A DNA stretch of 64,000 bases from Oscillatoria sp. PCC 10802 (GTDB taxonomy: Bacteria > Cyanobacteriota > Cyanobacteriia > Cyanobacteriales > Oscillatoriaceae): positions 4,222,977 through 4,286,976 of the forward strand of contig NZ_KB235948.1 of assembly GCF_000332335.1 (NCBI RefSeq). The letters run 5' to 3'. Both the position numbers and the translations under genes were made by a program. Of the stretch, positions 27,342-36,868 are shown piece by piece; the first letter of the stretch is position 1, and each line of letters starts with the position of its first letter. The notes beneath the pieces were generated by a model. That model saw only the letters and a list, made by a program, of their open reading frames with translations, ran no database searches and was not told the origin of the DNA.

Positions 27342-28424
27342 ATGAGCAACAAATTATTACAGCCGGATATGGCAGCCAAAAATGCTAGAATGGAGCCACT
27401 AGAGTTTTTCGATGCGGTTTATCAAAAGTACGGACAAGCGGAAGCTGCTGGCGGGGGGTGTGTTGACCGCTATTATTGTATAGCCGGTTTTGCAGTTCGG
27501 TTGCGTTTTGCCGGAGTGGCGCTGCTACCCTATATCACACCGGCTCTAGCGCACTTGGCGATAGGACCAGTGGCGGAGCCGGCGCTGACTGTGTGTTTGT
27601 GGGACAGTGACTCTACGAATATTGTAATGCCGCCGCCGCCTTGGCAAGCGGATGATTATCGAGAGGGCGGGGAAATTCGAGGGTTTGTGGATGAGCGCAT
27701 TCATACGATTGTCCAAATAGGAGTGAACGCACTCTCGGTTTTGGACAGAGAGCGGAACTTGGGAATATACTGGGTGAAGACTGCCAAACAGATTCCTTAC
27801 TATGAAAGTGCCGCCCCTCTGCGGGCAATTTTTCACTTGTGGATGAGTCAGCGGGGAATCCAGCTGATTCATGCCGGTGCGGTGGGACTTCCCAGTGGGG
27901 GGGTGTTGCTGGTGGGAAAGGGGGGTTCGGGCAAATCGACCACAGCGCTAGCTTGTCTGAATTCCGAGCTTTGCTATGCTAGCGATGATTACTGTCTGCT
28001 GGCGCACCACCTGAAACCAACCGTTTTCAGTATTTACAGCACCGGCAAGAAAAATGGGAATGATGTGGGAAGATTGCCATTCCTGGTTTCAAAGATCCGC
28101 AATCCTGACCGGCTCGGTACAGAAAAAGCGGTTTATTTGTTGAGCGAGAGTTTTCCGGACAAACTTTTGCCAAGTTTTCCGCTCAGGGCAATTTTAATCC
28201 CGCGAATTAGTGGGGGGAGAGAGACGGCATTGAAACCGGCATCGCCGGCAGCCGGTCTGGCGGCGCTGGCTCCGAGTACAATATTTCAATTACCTGGGGA
28301 CAGGAAAAAGGGTTTTCAGACAATGGGACAACTGGTCAGGCAGGTTCCTTGCTATCAGCTGAACTTGGGCACTGATATGGGACAAATTCCTGAGGTGATT
28401 TTAGAATTATTAGCTGATAACTAA
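27342..28424 (+). CDS. HPr kinase C-domain-like kinase #3
   Basis: P-loop GKGGSGKSTTALACL and SDDYCLL. Paralog of the two kinases in the core lasso locus. Start taken at MSNKLL. Confidence 0.65.
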   Translation: MSNKLLQPDMAAKNARMEPLEFFDAVYQKYGQAEAAGGGCVDRYYCIAGFAVRLRFAGVALLPYITPALAHLAIGPVAEPALTVCLWDSDSTNIVMPPPPWQADDYREGGEIRGFVDERIHTIVQIGVNALSVLDRERNLGIYWVKTAKQIPYYESAAPLRAIFHLWMSQRGIQLIHAGAVGLPSGGVLLVGKGGSGKSTTALACLNSELCYASDDYCLLAHHLKPTVFSIYSTGKKNGNDVGRLPFLVSKIRNPDRLGTEKAVYLLSESFPDKLLPSFPLRAILIPRISGGRETALKPASPAAGLAALAPSTIFQLPGDRKKGFQTMGQLVRQVPCYQLNLGTDMGQIPEVILELLADN

Positions 28425-28427
28425 GCA

Positions 28428-29171
28428 ATGCAATCTGACCAATTTTTCGTGAGCGTTATTATACCCGTGTACAATGGAGAAGCCTTTTTGGCAGAAGCTG
28501 TTGAGAGTGTGTGGCAGCTTAATTACCATCCTCTAGAAATTATCATTGTAGACGATGGCTCGACAGATGGCACTGCTGGAATTGCCAAAAGTTTCCAGGG
28601 GGATGTCCGCTATGTGTGGCAATCTAATAGTGGGCCATCTGCTGCCCGCAACGCGGGACTGAAGATGGCGAGGGGGAACGTTATCGCTTTTTTGGATGCG
28701 GACGATTTGTGGCCAAAAAATAAATTAGAAATTCAGCTGGCGTGCTTGGCTGCAAATCCATCGGTCGAAATTGTCGGGGGGTACATACAGCATATGCGGC
28801 TATCGGACAGCGCCGCAGACACACAATTATTGGTTGAATTTGCCGAACCTATTGTTTCTTTTAACTTGGGAGGCGCGATTTTTAGGAAGTCGGTGTTTGA
28901 CAGAATAGGCTTGTTTGACGAGAAGCTGCGTTATAGTGAGGATGTTGACTGGTTTATGCGAGCTTGGGAGAAGGGGGTTTCAATGGTTGTGTTGAAGCAG
29001 GTGACGCTGTTTTATCGAAAACACCAGGACAGCATGACTTCTGGAAACAATATACACGAGAATAATTTCATTAAGGTACTCAAAAAATCTCTGGATCGCC
29101 GCCGGCAAAAAAGCAATGGTTCCGCCGCGCCTCTTCCTGGATTGTCCTATCTGGATGAAGCTAAGCTTTAG
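28428..29171 (+). CDS. family 2 glycosyltransferase (GT-A) #1
   Basis: VSVIIPVYNGE...IIIVDDGSTDGT...LDADD (DxD). Confidence 0.8.
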   Translation: MQSDQFFVSVIIPVYNGEAFLAEAVESVWQLNYHPLEIIIVDDGSTDGTAGIAKSFQGDVRYVWQSNSGPSAARNAGLKMARGNVIAFLDADDLWPKNKLEIQLACLAANPSVEIVGGYIQHMRLSDSAADTQLLVEFAEPIVSFNLGGAIFRKSVFDRIGLFDEKLRYSEDVDWFMRAWEKGVSMVVLKQVTLFYRKHQDSMTSGNNIHENNFIKVLKKSLDRRRQKSNGSAAPLPGLSYLDEAKL

Positions 29172-29282
29172 GAAAACCGCTGGGAGAAGCACTGTAACTC
29201 CTGGTCTGTTTAGAATGGCGTGTGTTAAGCTGGAAAAGCCGGCCTGCAAGCAGGGGTAAATCTATAAAGGACATATTGAAAA

Positions 29283-29981
29283 ATGGAGAAACCGCTAGTC
29301 AGCGTTATTATGGCTGTAAAAAATGGGGAGCGCTTCTTGGCAGAAGCCATTGAAAGCGTTCTGTCCCAGACTTATGAACCGTATGAAATTATCGTGGTTG
29401 ATGGCCAATCTACAGATAGCACGGAAAAGATTGCCAAATCTTACAAGCCGGTACGCTATATCCGTCAAACGGGTCAGGGTGTGGCGGACGCTTATAATGC
29501 CGGTATCGATGCTGCTCGCGGAGAGTTCGTGGCATTTCTCTCCCATGACGATCTGTGGGCACCCAATAAATTAAGTGTCCAGGTAGATTACCTGATCAGC
29601 CATCCGGAAATCCAATACACAGTTGCAAAAGCTAAGTTTTTTTTGGAGGAAGGATATTCGATACCGCCGGGTTTTAAACCTGAATTATTGGAAGGAGAAC
29701 CCATTTGCCGGACTATGGAAACCTTGGTGGTGCGAAAGACTTTGTTTGAGGAGATTGGCAAGTTGAATCCTGAATTTAGTCCAGCGGATGATGTGGATTG
29801 GTTTGCTAGGGCCAAAGACCGAAAAATTCCGATGGCTGTGATTCCTGAAGTGCTGCTTTCCAAGCGGATACACGACGCGAATACTTCCCTGTCCGACCAG
29901 AAATTGAACAATCAACTTTTGCTAAGAATCTTAAAACAATCAATCGAGCGCCAGCGATCTCGGAGAGGTGAGAAAGAATGA
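29283..29981 (+). CDS. family 2 glycosyltransferase #2
   Basis: VSVIMAVKNGE...IIVVDGQSTDST...SHDD. Paralog of #1. Confidence 0.8.
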   Translation: MEKPLVSVIMAVKNGERFLAEAIESVLSQTYEPYEIIVVDGQSTDSTEKIAKSYKPVRYIRQTGQGVADAYNAGIDAARGEFVAFLSHDDLWAPNKLSVQVDYLISHPEIQYTVAKAKFFLEEGYSIPPGFKPELLEGEPICRTMETLVVRKTLFEEIGKLNPEFSPADDVDWFARAKDRKIPMAVIPEVLLSKRIHDANTSLSDQKLNNQLLLRILKQSIERQRSRRGEKE

Positions 29982-30682
29982 GGATGGGAAATCAGCCCCT
30001 AGTGAGTGCTATCATACCCGTGCGCAATTGCGAGCGCTATTTGGCAGAAGCGCTGGACAGTGCGCTGGCGCAGACTTATCAGCCGGTGGAGATATTTGTT
30101 GTGGATGACGGTTCAGGGGATGGGAGTGGGGAGATTGCCAAACGCTATGTGCCGGCTGTGCGGTATATCTTTCAAACCAGTGCCGGTGCTGCAGCCGCCA
30201 GAAACCGGGCAATTCCACTAGCTAAGGGTGACTTTTTCGCTTTTCTGGATGCTGATGATGTCTGGCTTCCGGACAAACTTGCCCTGCAAATGGCAGCGTT
30301 TGATGCCGAACCAGACCTTGACATTGTTACCGGCCACGTGCGACAATTTATCAGTCCAGAGTTAGACGCAGAAGGGATGAAAGGCGTTTATTGCCCACCT
30401 GACCCAATGCCAGGTTATATCCCTAGTGCTATACTCGTCAAGCGCGAAGCCTTTTTTAGGGTTGGCTTGTTTGATGAAAATTATCCTGCCGAATATCAAA
30501 TGGAATTTCTCAACTGGTGTGCGCGTGCTGTGGAGCTTGGTTTAAATATAAAGGTGCTTCCCGAGTTAGTCGCGCGGCGGCGCTTGCACCAAACAAACCA
30601 GGAGCGATCTCGCAACTCGATGCTGGGAATTGTGCGCATCCTGAAAGCTTCTCTCGACCGGCGGCGAGGTGCAAACCGGTAA
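29978..30682 (+). CDS. family 2 glycosyltransferase #3
   Basis: VSAIIPVRNCE...IFVVDDGSGDGS...LDADD. It overlaps #2 by 4 nt. Confidence 0.8.
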   Translation: MRMGNQPLVSAIIPVRNCERYLAEALDSALAQTYQPVEIFVVDDGSGDGSGEIAKRYVPAVRYIFQTSAGAAAARNRAIPLAKGDFFAFLDADDVWLPDKLALQMAAFDAEPDLDIVTGHVRQFISPELDAEGMKGVYCPPDPMPGYIPSAILVKREAFFRVGLFDENYPAEYQMEFLNWCARAVELGLNIKVLPELVARRRLHQTNQERSRNSMLGIVRILKASLDRRRGANR

Positions 30683-30715
30683 AAACCGGGTTTCTTAGAC
30701 GTAAAGAACCGACAA

Positions 30716-32385
30716 TGAACTTACCAGCTTGGCTTTACTACAGTCAATTATACAAAGATTATTACCACTTGCTGTTCTGGAGCGTTGCGGCATCCCTGGG
30801 GCAATCTGCGGTTTTTTTCCCCATCGCCTTGCTGGTACGCCATGTATTTGATGTCGCAATACCCACCCACAACTTATCGCTTTTGGCGCTCACAGGAGTG
30901 GGGGTTCTTGCCCTGTACGCCGGCAACATGGCACTGGCGCTGTGGACGAGATACATTATCCTTAAAATCACTAAAATTGCCATCCACCGGCTGAGGGCTG
31001 AACTATTAAATAAGTTTTACGCTTTTTCGCGCTCCTACTACAGTCAAGCTGATACGAGCCAGTTGCACACTATCGCCGTTCAAGACACCCTGCGCCTGGA
31101 CATAATGAGCAATGCGCTAGTTGCCCAAGTCATCCCGGCGCTGCTCATCTGTGCTGTTTTGAGCGCGGTGTTAATCGCAGTGAATTGGTTTTTGTTTCTA
31201 GTGCTGGCGCTCGTCGCGCCTCTGATTTATCTGTTGAGCAAAAGTCTTGGCAAAAAAGTCAAGCATTGGATAAAAGCTTATCACCGCACCTTTGAAACAT
31301 TCAGCAAAGGGATGCTGTTTGTACTGCAAAATATGGAACTCACCCAAATCCAAGCGGCGGAGGAATTTGAAAGGGTGAGGCAAGGGAAAATGCTGAATGA
31401 TGAGCGATTGACAAGCAGTGCGATGGCTTGGCTCTATACGGCTTACGGTCTGGCGCAAAGTTTTACCGTCGCTGCTGTAAGTGTCCTGCTTTTAATCGCT
31501 GGCGGCTGGGCGATATCCGCCGGCTACATCACCTTAGGGGAAATGGTATCCTTTTATGTAGCGGCAAACTTGATGAGAACTTATGCCGGCACAATCTTGC
31601 AAGCCATTCCCCAAATTATAGAAGGGAATGAATCCCTGACTGTTTTATACGAGCTGTTACAGGTGAGCGACACAAGACCTTATGCCGGCACTGAAAAAAT
31701 TGGCTTTCAGGGGAAAATCACTCTCAGGAACGTGAGTTTTTCTTACAGCGACAGGAGGATACTGTCAAATGTCACGCTGTCAGTCAATCCGGGAGAGACT
31801 GTAGCGATTGTCGGGCGCAACGGTGCCGGAAAAAGCACGATTATTTATCTTATCTTAGGCTTTTACCGGCCACAAGAAGGAGAGCTGTGGGCAGATGACT
31901 GTCCCTTCAGCACGCTGGACATTGTGCATCTGCGCCGGCAAATAGGAGTCGTCATGCAAGATCCGACGATCTTTGCGGGTACAATTTGGGAAAATCTCAC
32001 CTATGGTGCGCCAGATGGAAGTTATGATGTGTGTTGGGAAAGGGTGATTGAATCTGCTAAAATAGCAACAGCTGATGAATTTATCCACCTGCTCCCCGAA
32101 GGCTACGAAACCTGTGTGGGAGAAGGGGGAATGCTGCTATCCGGTGGACAGCGCCAGCGGATTGCCATCGCCCGCGCTCTTGTGCGCCAACCCAAGCTCC
32201 TCATCCTCGATGAGCCAACCAATCATCTGGACGAGGCGGCTGTGAGCCAGCTGATAAAAAATCTCAAAGGCATGGCGGAAGCGCCGGCTATCCTGATCAT
32301 AAGTCATAACAGGGATATTGTGCGGGAAGCCAAATATGTGTATACTGTAAAAGATGGATGTCTGCTGGAAACCGTTTGGGGATGA
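30716..32385 (+). CDS. ABC exporter, fused permease/ATPase #2
   Basis: Start trimmed to MNLPAWLY. It has six TM helices, Walker [10 protein letters not shown], signature LSGGQRQR and Walker [13 protein letters not shown]. Confidence 0.8.
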
Positions 32386-32414
32386 AAGGCAGAGAGGATT
32401 TATCCCCCGGAAGT

Positions 32415-32521
32415 GGGACAGGCGTCTTGCCTGTCCAAATCCAGGCGTAGGACAGGCGTCTCGCCTGTCCAGACGTAGGACAGGCGTCGCGCTTACGCGC
32501 CGCTACGCTAACGCCTGTCCC
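32415..32521. repeat. Cluster of GGACAGGCG(N)GACGCCTGTCC palindromic repeats
   Basis: Three overlapping palindromic units. The 47 bp stretch GTAGGACAGGCGTCGCGCTTACGCGCCGCTACGCTAACGCCTGTCCC recurs exactly at 51378-51424. Other family members lie at 3254-3282, 40428-40455, 42843-42872, 55803-55840 and 63046-63075. Confidence 0.85.
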
Positions 32522-32547
32522 AAAATAGAACAAAGAAAGGAGGTACA

Positions 32548-33768
32548 ATGGAAGAGTGGCAAATGAATACAAAGGAAAATCTGGGCGGCTACAAGCCGAC
32601 TCACCAGCAAGGATTGCTATTGCGAGCTGCGCTTTTGCAAGGGGAAGACGCCCTCGCAGCTTGGGAGGAATGGAAAGCCGGTGTTGATATTCAACGCCTC
32701 GATGCCGGTTCCTATCGGTTACTGCCTTTATTGTATCGCAATTTGTCGCTTCATGAGGTAAATGACCCCCTGATGGCAACATTTAAGGGAGTCTACCGGA
32801 ACACCTGGTGCAAAAACCAACTCTTATTTAATAAAGTCTCAGATGTGCTGCGGGCTTTTCACGAGGCGGGGATTCAAACCATGCTCCTGAAAGGTGCGGC
32901 TTTGACCATAAACTATTACCGAGATTATGGCCTCCGCCCCATGAGTGATTTTGACATTCTCGTGCCCACGGCAGACGCTTTAGCCGCCATGAAGCTGTTG
33001 AGGGAATTGGGGTGGGAAGCTGATGCAGAGCCCCCGGAAAGATATATAGATATACTGCACGCAATGCCTTTTAAAAAGGATCTATCTGGCGGGGGAATAG
33101 ACTTACACTGGCATGTATTGCACCAGTGCCTTCAAGAGAATGCTGACGAGGATTTCTGGAAGGGCGCGATTTCTGCAAAATTAGATGATTTGTCAGCCCA
33201 TGTCTTAAACCCAACCGACCAGTTATTTCACGTCTGCGTGCATGGATGGCTTGGGGATATATTTCCGACAATTCGCTGGGTGGCTGACGCGATGACGGTG
33301 ATTAACTCATCCCCAGATGCAATTGATTGGCACCGGCTAGTCGCACAGGCTGAAAAAAGACAATTGGTTTTGCGGTTAAAAGACACACTGCCGATATTGC
33401 GCGACCTTTTGGACGCCCCAGTGCCCCTATCGATTATACAAGATATCGAAAAGCTACCCATTGCAGCAATTGAGCGGCTCGAATATAACAGTTCACCAGG
33501 CAGACTGATGCGAGGATTTGGGAGTTTGCCAATGATATATACTTCTTATCTGAGGCGGAGTATGAACGATGGCAGGTTCAACCTTTTAGGTTTGGCAAGG
33601 TACTTGCAATATTACTTGGGGTTGGAACACTTATGGCAGCTTCCCTTTGATGTGATTAAGCGGGGTATAAGAAGGATTTGGATTGACTTTTTTGGAGGAA
33701 AGCTTGCGCCAATTCCAACCAAACGGACATTTCGCCAGGAGCGCGAAGCCAGTAAAACTCCAGTTTAG
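32548..33768 (+). CDS. nucleotidyltransferase, NTP_transf_5 (PF14907-like; PsmN/paeninodin-cluster type)
   Basis: Motif MLLKGAALTINYYRDYGLRPMSDFDILVP. The family co-occurs with HprK-like kinases in tailored lasso clusters. Confidence 0.65.
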   Translation: MEEWQMNTKENLGGYKPTHQQGLLLRAALLQGEDALAAWEEWKAGVDIQRLDAGSYRLLPLLYRNLSLHEVNDPLMATFKGVYRNTWCKNQLLFNKVSDVLRAFHEAGIQTMLLKGAALTINYYRDYGLRPMSDFDILVPTADALAAMKLLRELGWEADAEPPERYIDILHAMPFKKDLSGGGIDLHWHVLHQCLQENADEDFWKGAISAKLDDLSAHVLNPTDQLFHVCVHGWLGDIFPTIRWVADAMTVINSSPDAIDWHRLVAQAEKRQLVLRLKDTLPILRDLLDAPVPLSIIQDIEKLPIAAIERLEYNSSPGRLMRGFGSLPMIYTSYLRRSMNDGRFNLLGLARYLQYYLGLEHLWQLPFDVIKRGIRRIWIDFFGGKLAPIPTKRTFRQEREASKTPV

Positions 33769-34005
33769 TTGCAGTGGCGCATTCTCCGCACAATCGCAAT
33801 TACGGCATTTCAATGAATAAATACTAGCAAAATTAAATGCCTAACAGCCGGCAGCCAGGGTGGATCTGTCTGCCGGCTTGGCAAACGCTCCCTGTGTGGG
33901 TTAAGCTGTTAGGCTAATAATGCTGTCTGTCTGTCTAAAGGAGGCTTTGCCTCCTGGACGGCGTTCCCAGGCAGAGCCTGGGAACGAGGGAAAAGCTACC
34001 TGTGT

Positions 34006-35118
34006 GTGTTACAATTCTTTACCGAATACGCCATTGCTTACACAGACCCAGCCATTCTTATGTCTGACACCTTAACAAAACTGGCCTATCAGACTTTTCA
34101 ACAGGGCAAAAGTTACTTCGGTCTGGCTCACAAAGCCTTAAGTTCAAACTTGCGGAACTTCTTGTATCCTGCTAGCACTTCTCAGACTAAACCTGTGGGC
34201 TCGGATCTGATAGAACTCCTGCAAAAAAGGAGCGCTCAGCTCCTGGAAACAGACTGGCTGGATGCCGAGCGGGGCGTCTATCCCACCAGCTTGCTCTTTG
34301 ACAGCCCTTGGGAAGACTTCTTTCGCTACTATCCCGTGGTTTGGCTGGATATGCCGCCAATCTGGGAGCGGATACAGCAGAAGAAATATCAGCAATTTTC
34401 GCCAGAGATTGAAACGGAAGGCTATCCCAACTACTACCTGCAAAACTTCCACCACCAGACAAATGGCTACTTGAGCGACATGTCAGCCAATCTCTATGAC
34501 TTGCAGGTGGAGCTTCTCTTTAGTGGCACAGCCGATCCCATGCGCCGGCGAATCCTGGCTCCCCTAAAGCAAGGGCTGAATGTTTTTAGCTCAACTCCCG
34601 CTCACCAAATCCGGGTTCTAGATATAGCTTGCGGAACCGGGCGCACCCTGAAATTAATCCGGGCGGCTCTGCCGAAAGCATCCCTGTTTGGAACGGACTT
34701 GTCACCGGCTTACTTGCGCAAAGCCAATCAGCAGCTGTCGGAAAATCCAGGAGAATTGCCGCAACTCCTACAGGCTAATGCAGAGGAGCTGCCCTATCAA
34801 GATAGCTACTTCCACGCAGTCACGAGCGTTTTTCTCTTCCACGAACTTCCGCCGGCGGCTCGCCAGCGGGCGATCGAGCAGTGCTTCCGAATCACTCAGC
34901 CAAGAGGAGTCTTTATTATCTGTGACTCCATTCAGATGAGCGATTCTCCGGAATTCATGCCAATGATGGAAAACTTCCCAGCTGTGTACCACGAACCCTA
35001 CTACAAGCATTATATCACTGATGACCTGACAGAACGTTTGGAAAAAGCCGGCTTCACGAACATTTCAACTGAAGTCCACTTTATGAGCAAGTATTGGGTC
35101 GCTCACAAGCCGGCCTAA
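34006..35118 (+). CDS. class I SAM-dependent methyltransferase
   Basis: Motif I VLDIACGTGRT and post-I LFGTDLS. Confidence 0.7.
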   Translation: MLQFFTEYAIAYTDPAILMSDTLTKLAYQTFQQGKSYFGLAHKALSSNLRNFLYPASTSQTKPVGSDLIELLQKRSAQLLETDWLDAERGVYPTSLLFDSPWEDFFRYYPVVWLDMPPIWERIQQKKYQQFSPEIETEGYPNYYLQNFHHQTNGYLSDMSANLYDLQVELLFSGTADPMRRRILAPLKQGLNVFSSTPAHQIRVLDIACGTGRTLKLIRAALPKASLFGTDLSPAYLRKANQQLSENPGELPQLLQANAEELPYQDSYFHAVTSVFLFHELPPAARQRAIEQCFRITQPRGVFIICDSIQMSDSPEFMPMMENFPAVYHEPYYKHYITDDLTERLEKAGFTNISTEVHFMSKYWVAHKPA

Positions 35119-35126
35119 TCCAAATT

Positions 35127-35172
35127 TGGGATTGGGGATTTGGGATTTGGGATTTGGGATTTGGGATTTGAA
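35127..35172. repeat. heptanucleotide microsatellite (GGGATTT)n
   Basis: Direct reading. Similar STRs are at 36011-36050 (CCCAATG)n, 38340-38382 (GGATTTTA-like)n, 38436-38460 (TTAATTT)n, 43958-43985 (CCCATTT)n, 24955-25012 and 26718-26750. Confidence 0.9.
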
Positions 35173-35503
35173 GAATGGAGGGGATGCAGTCGAGCAAAAA
35201 TTAAATCTCTATAAAGTTGGGAGAAGGAGTGAGGGAAATTGGGAATTGGGTTTTACTCCTGATCGTTCACCCCCCTCACTCCTCAAAATCAAAAGAGTGA
35301 GTGCCAGACTTGAGTAAAAATCGCCACACCGGCAGGCGGTGGGGAATCGGGCGCGGAACAGCTAGAATGATTCCAGAAGCCATAACCCCTAAGCCCAGCC
35401 CCGAAGCTCTCACAAATAAAAATCGTAGAAGTGGCGCACAAAGGGGCCTAGAGGCGATACTGTTGGTTTAGGCACCACCCAACACGAGGATCTAGAGATT
35501 AGT

Positions 35504-36004
35504 ATGATTACCAGCGATCCGAATCCGCAAACGGTTTCTACTGAAAGCCGGTCAAGAGCAGATATAATCACCAGCGAGCTAATCGAGGACGCAACAGCAG
35601 TCAACCTTCTAGAAGAGATTGAAACGGTCATTGCCAGTATGGCGGCAGACCAAAAGGTGATGGTGGGCCAGAGCGAAGAAGGCCATTTTTGGAAATTTAA
35701 GTATGGCAGCGTTGAGGTGTTTGTCCAGCTCACCGGCACCAGCAATGAGGATACCCTGACGGTTTGGTCGTTTGTGCTGCAGCTGCCGGCAAAGAACGAA
35801 CCGCAGTTAACCCGCAAACTGCTGGAGATGAACGCCACCTCAACATTTGAGTCCCATTTCGCTATTGTTGAGGAAAAGGTGGCGGTGATATCAAGCCGCA
35901 CAGTTCTGGATATTTCTCCGGCAGAAATCTCCAGAACCATTACCGTTGTGGCCACTATCGCGGACGAGAACGACGAAGCCCTGCAAGCTGAATTTGGGCA
36001 ATAA
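35504..36004 (+). CDS. YbjN-domain protein (putative sensory transduction regulator fold)
   Basis: 166 aa acidic ORF with the typical YbjN pattern ...GHFWKFKYGSVEVFVQL...LTVWSFVLQLP...LLEMNATSTFESHFAIVEEK. Confidence 0.55.
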   Translation: MITSDPNPQTVSTESRSRADIITSELIEDATAVNLLEEIETVIASMAADQKVMVGQSEEGHFWKFKYGSVEVFVQLTGTSNEDTLTVWSFVLQLPAKNEPQLTRKLLEMNATSTFESHFAIVEEKVAVISSRTVLDISPAEISRTITVVATIADENDEALQAEFGQ

Positions 36005-36103
36005 ACAGCGCCCAATGCCCAATGCCCAATGCCCAATGCCCAATGCCCTATGCCCAGTTCCCAAAATTGGCGTTTAATTCCCTTGCTGCAAGCGCCCGGC
36101 GAT

Positions 36104-36787
36104 ATGCAAATGGCTCTCGACCTGTGGTTGCTAGAGCAGCACCGGCAGGGGTTGCACCCGCCGGCACTGCGGTTTTACACTTGGTCGCCACCGGCCATTT
36201 CCCTGGGCTACCACCAGCGCCGGTGGCCAGAATTCTGGCAGCAGCTGACGTGGCAAGGAGTGCCGGTGGATCTGGTGCGGCGTCCTAGCGGCGGGCGGGC
36301 TGTCCTGCACCAAGGGGATTTAACGTATGCGGTGGTTACTTCCGGATTTGCCGGCAGCCGCCTCCAAGCCTATCAAGAGATTTGCCAATTCTTGATAGCA
36401 GGCTTTAGCTCCTTAGGCGTCGAATTAAACTACGGTGAAATGGGGCGAGGTTACATCCACAACCCCAGCTGTTTCGGCACAGCAACCGGCGCTGATTTAA
36501 TTATGCCCAGCGGCGCTAAGCTGGCAGGCAGCGCCCAGTTGCGGCGAGGACCGGCAATTTTGCAGCACGGCTCCATGCCGCTGCTGCAAGATAGCCAGCT
36601 ATTCCAGCGAGTGTTTGGCACAGCGCCCGTGCCGGTGGAGCTACCCCTATCCCAGCACGGAGACGCCCTAATTCAAACCGTCACCGATGCTTTAATTGCC
36701 GGTTTCAAAAACAGCTTCGGCGTCGCACTGGAGGAGCAACCGCTGTCAGACGCCGAGTGGCGGGCAATTCTAGATTTCAGGTGTTGA
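36104..36787 (+). CDS. lipoate/biotin protein ligase (BPL/LPL catalytic-domain) family protein
   Basis: RRPSGGRAVLHQGDLTY, a conserved Lys in GAKLAGSAQ, and a match to the LplA/LipB catalytic core. Start trimmed past the microsatellite. Confidence 0.65.
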   Translation: MQMALDLWLLEQHRQGLHPPALRFYTWSPPAISLGYHQRRWPEFWQQLTWQGVPVDLVRRPSGGRAVLHQGDLTYAVVTSGFAGSRLQAYQEICQFLIAGFSSLGVELNYGEMGRGYIHNPSCFGTATGADLIMPSGAKLAGSAQLRRGPAILQHGSMPLLQDSQLFQRVFGTAPVPVELPLSQHGDALIQTVTDALIAGFKNSFGVALEEQPLSDAEWRAILDFRC

Positions 36788-36868
36788 AATCTCAGAAACC
36801 GGGTTTCTTTTGGTTTTTCCTGGGAAAGAAATCCGGTTTCTTAACTCCGGTTTCTTCACCGCCGCACT

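Noticed and set aside
36029-36103. 5' extension of the lipoate-ligase-like ORF, and the alternative ORF at 36022-36288
   Set aside because: Both begin inside the (CCCAATG)n microsatellite, so these are unlikely translation starts.
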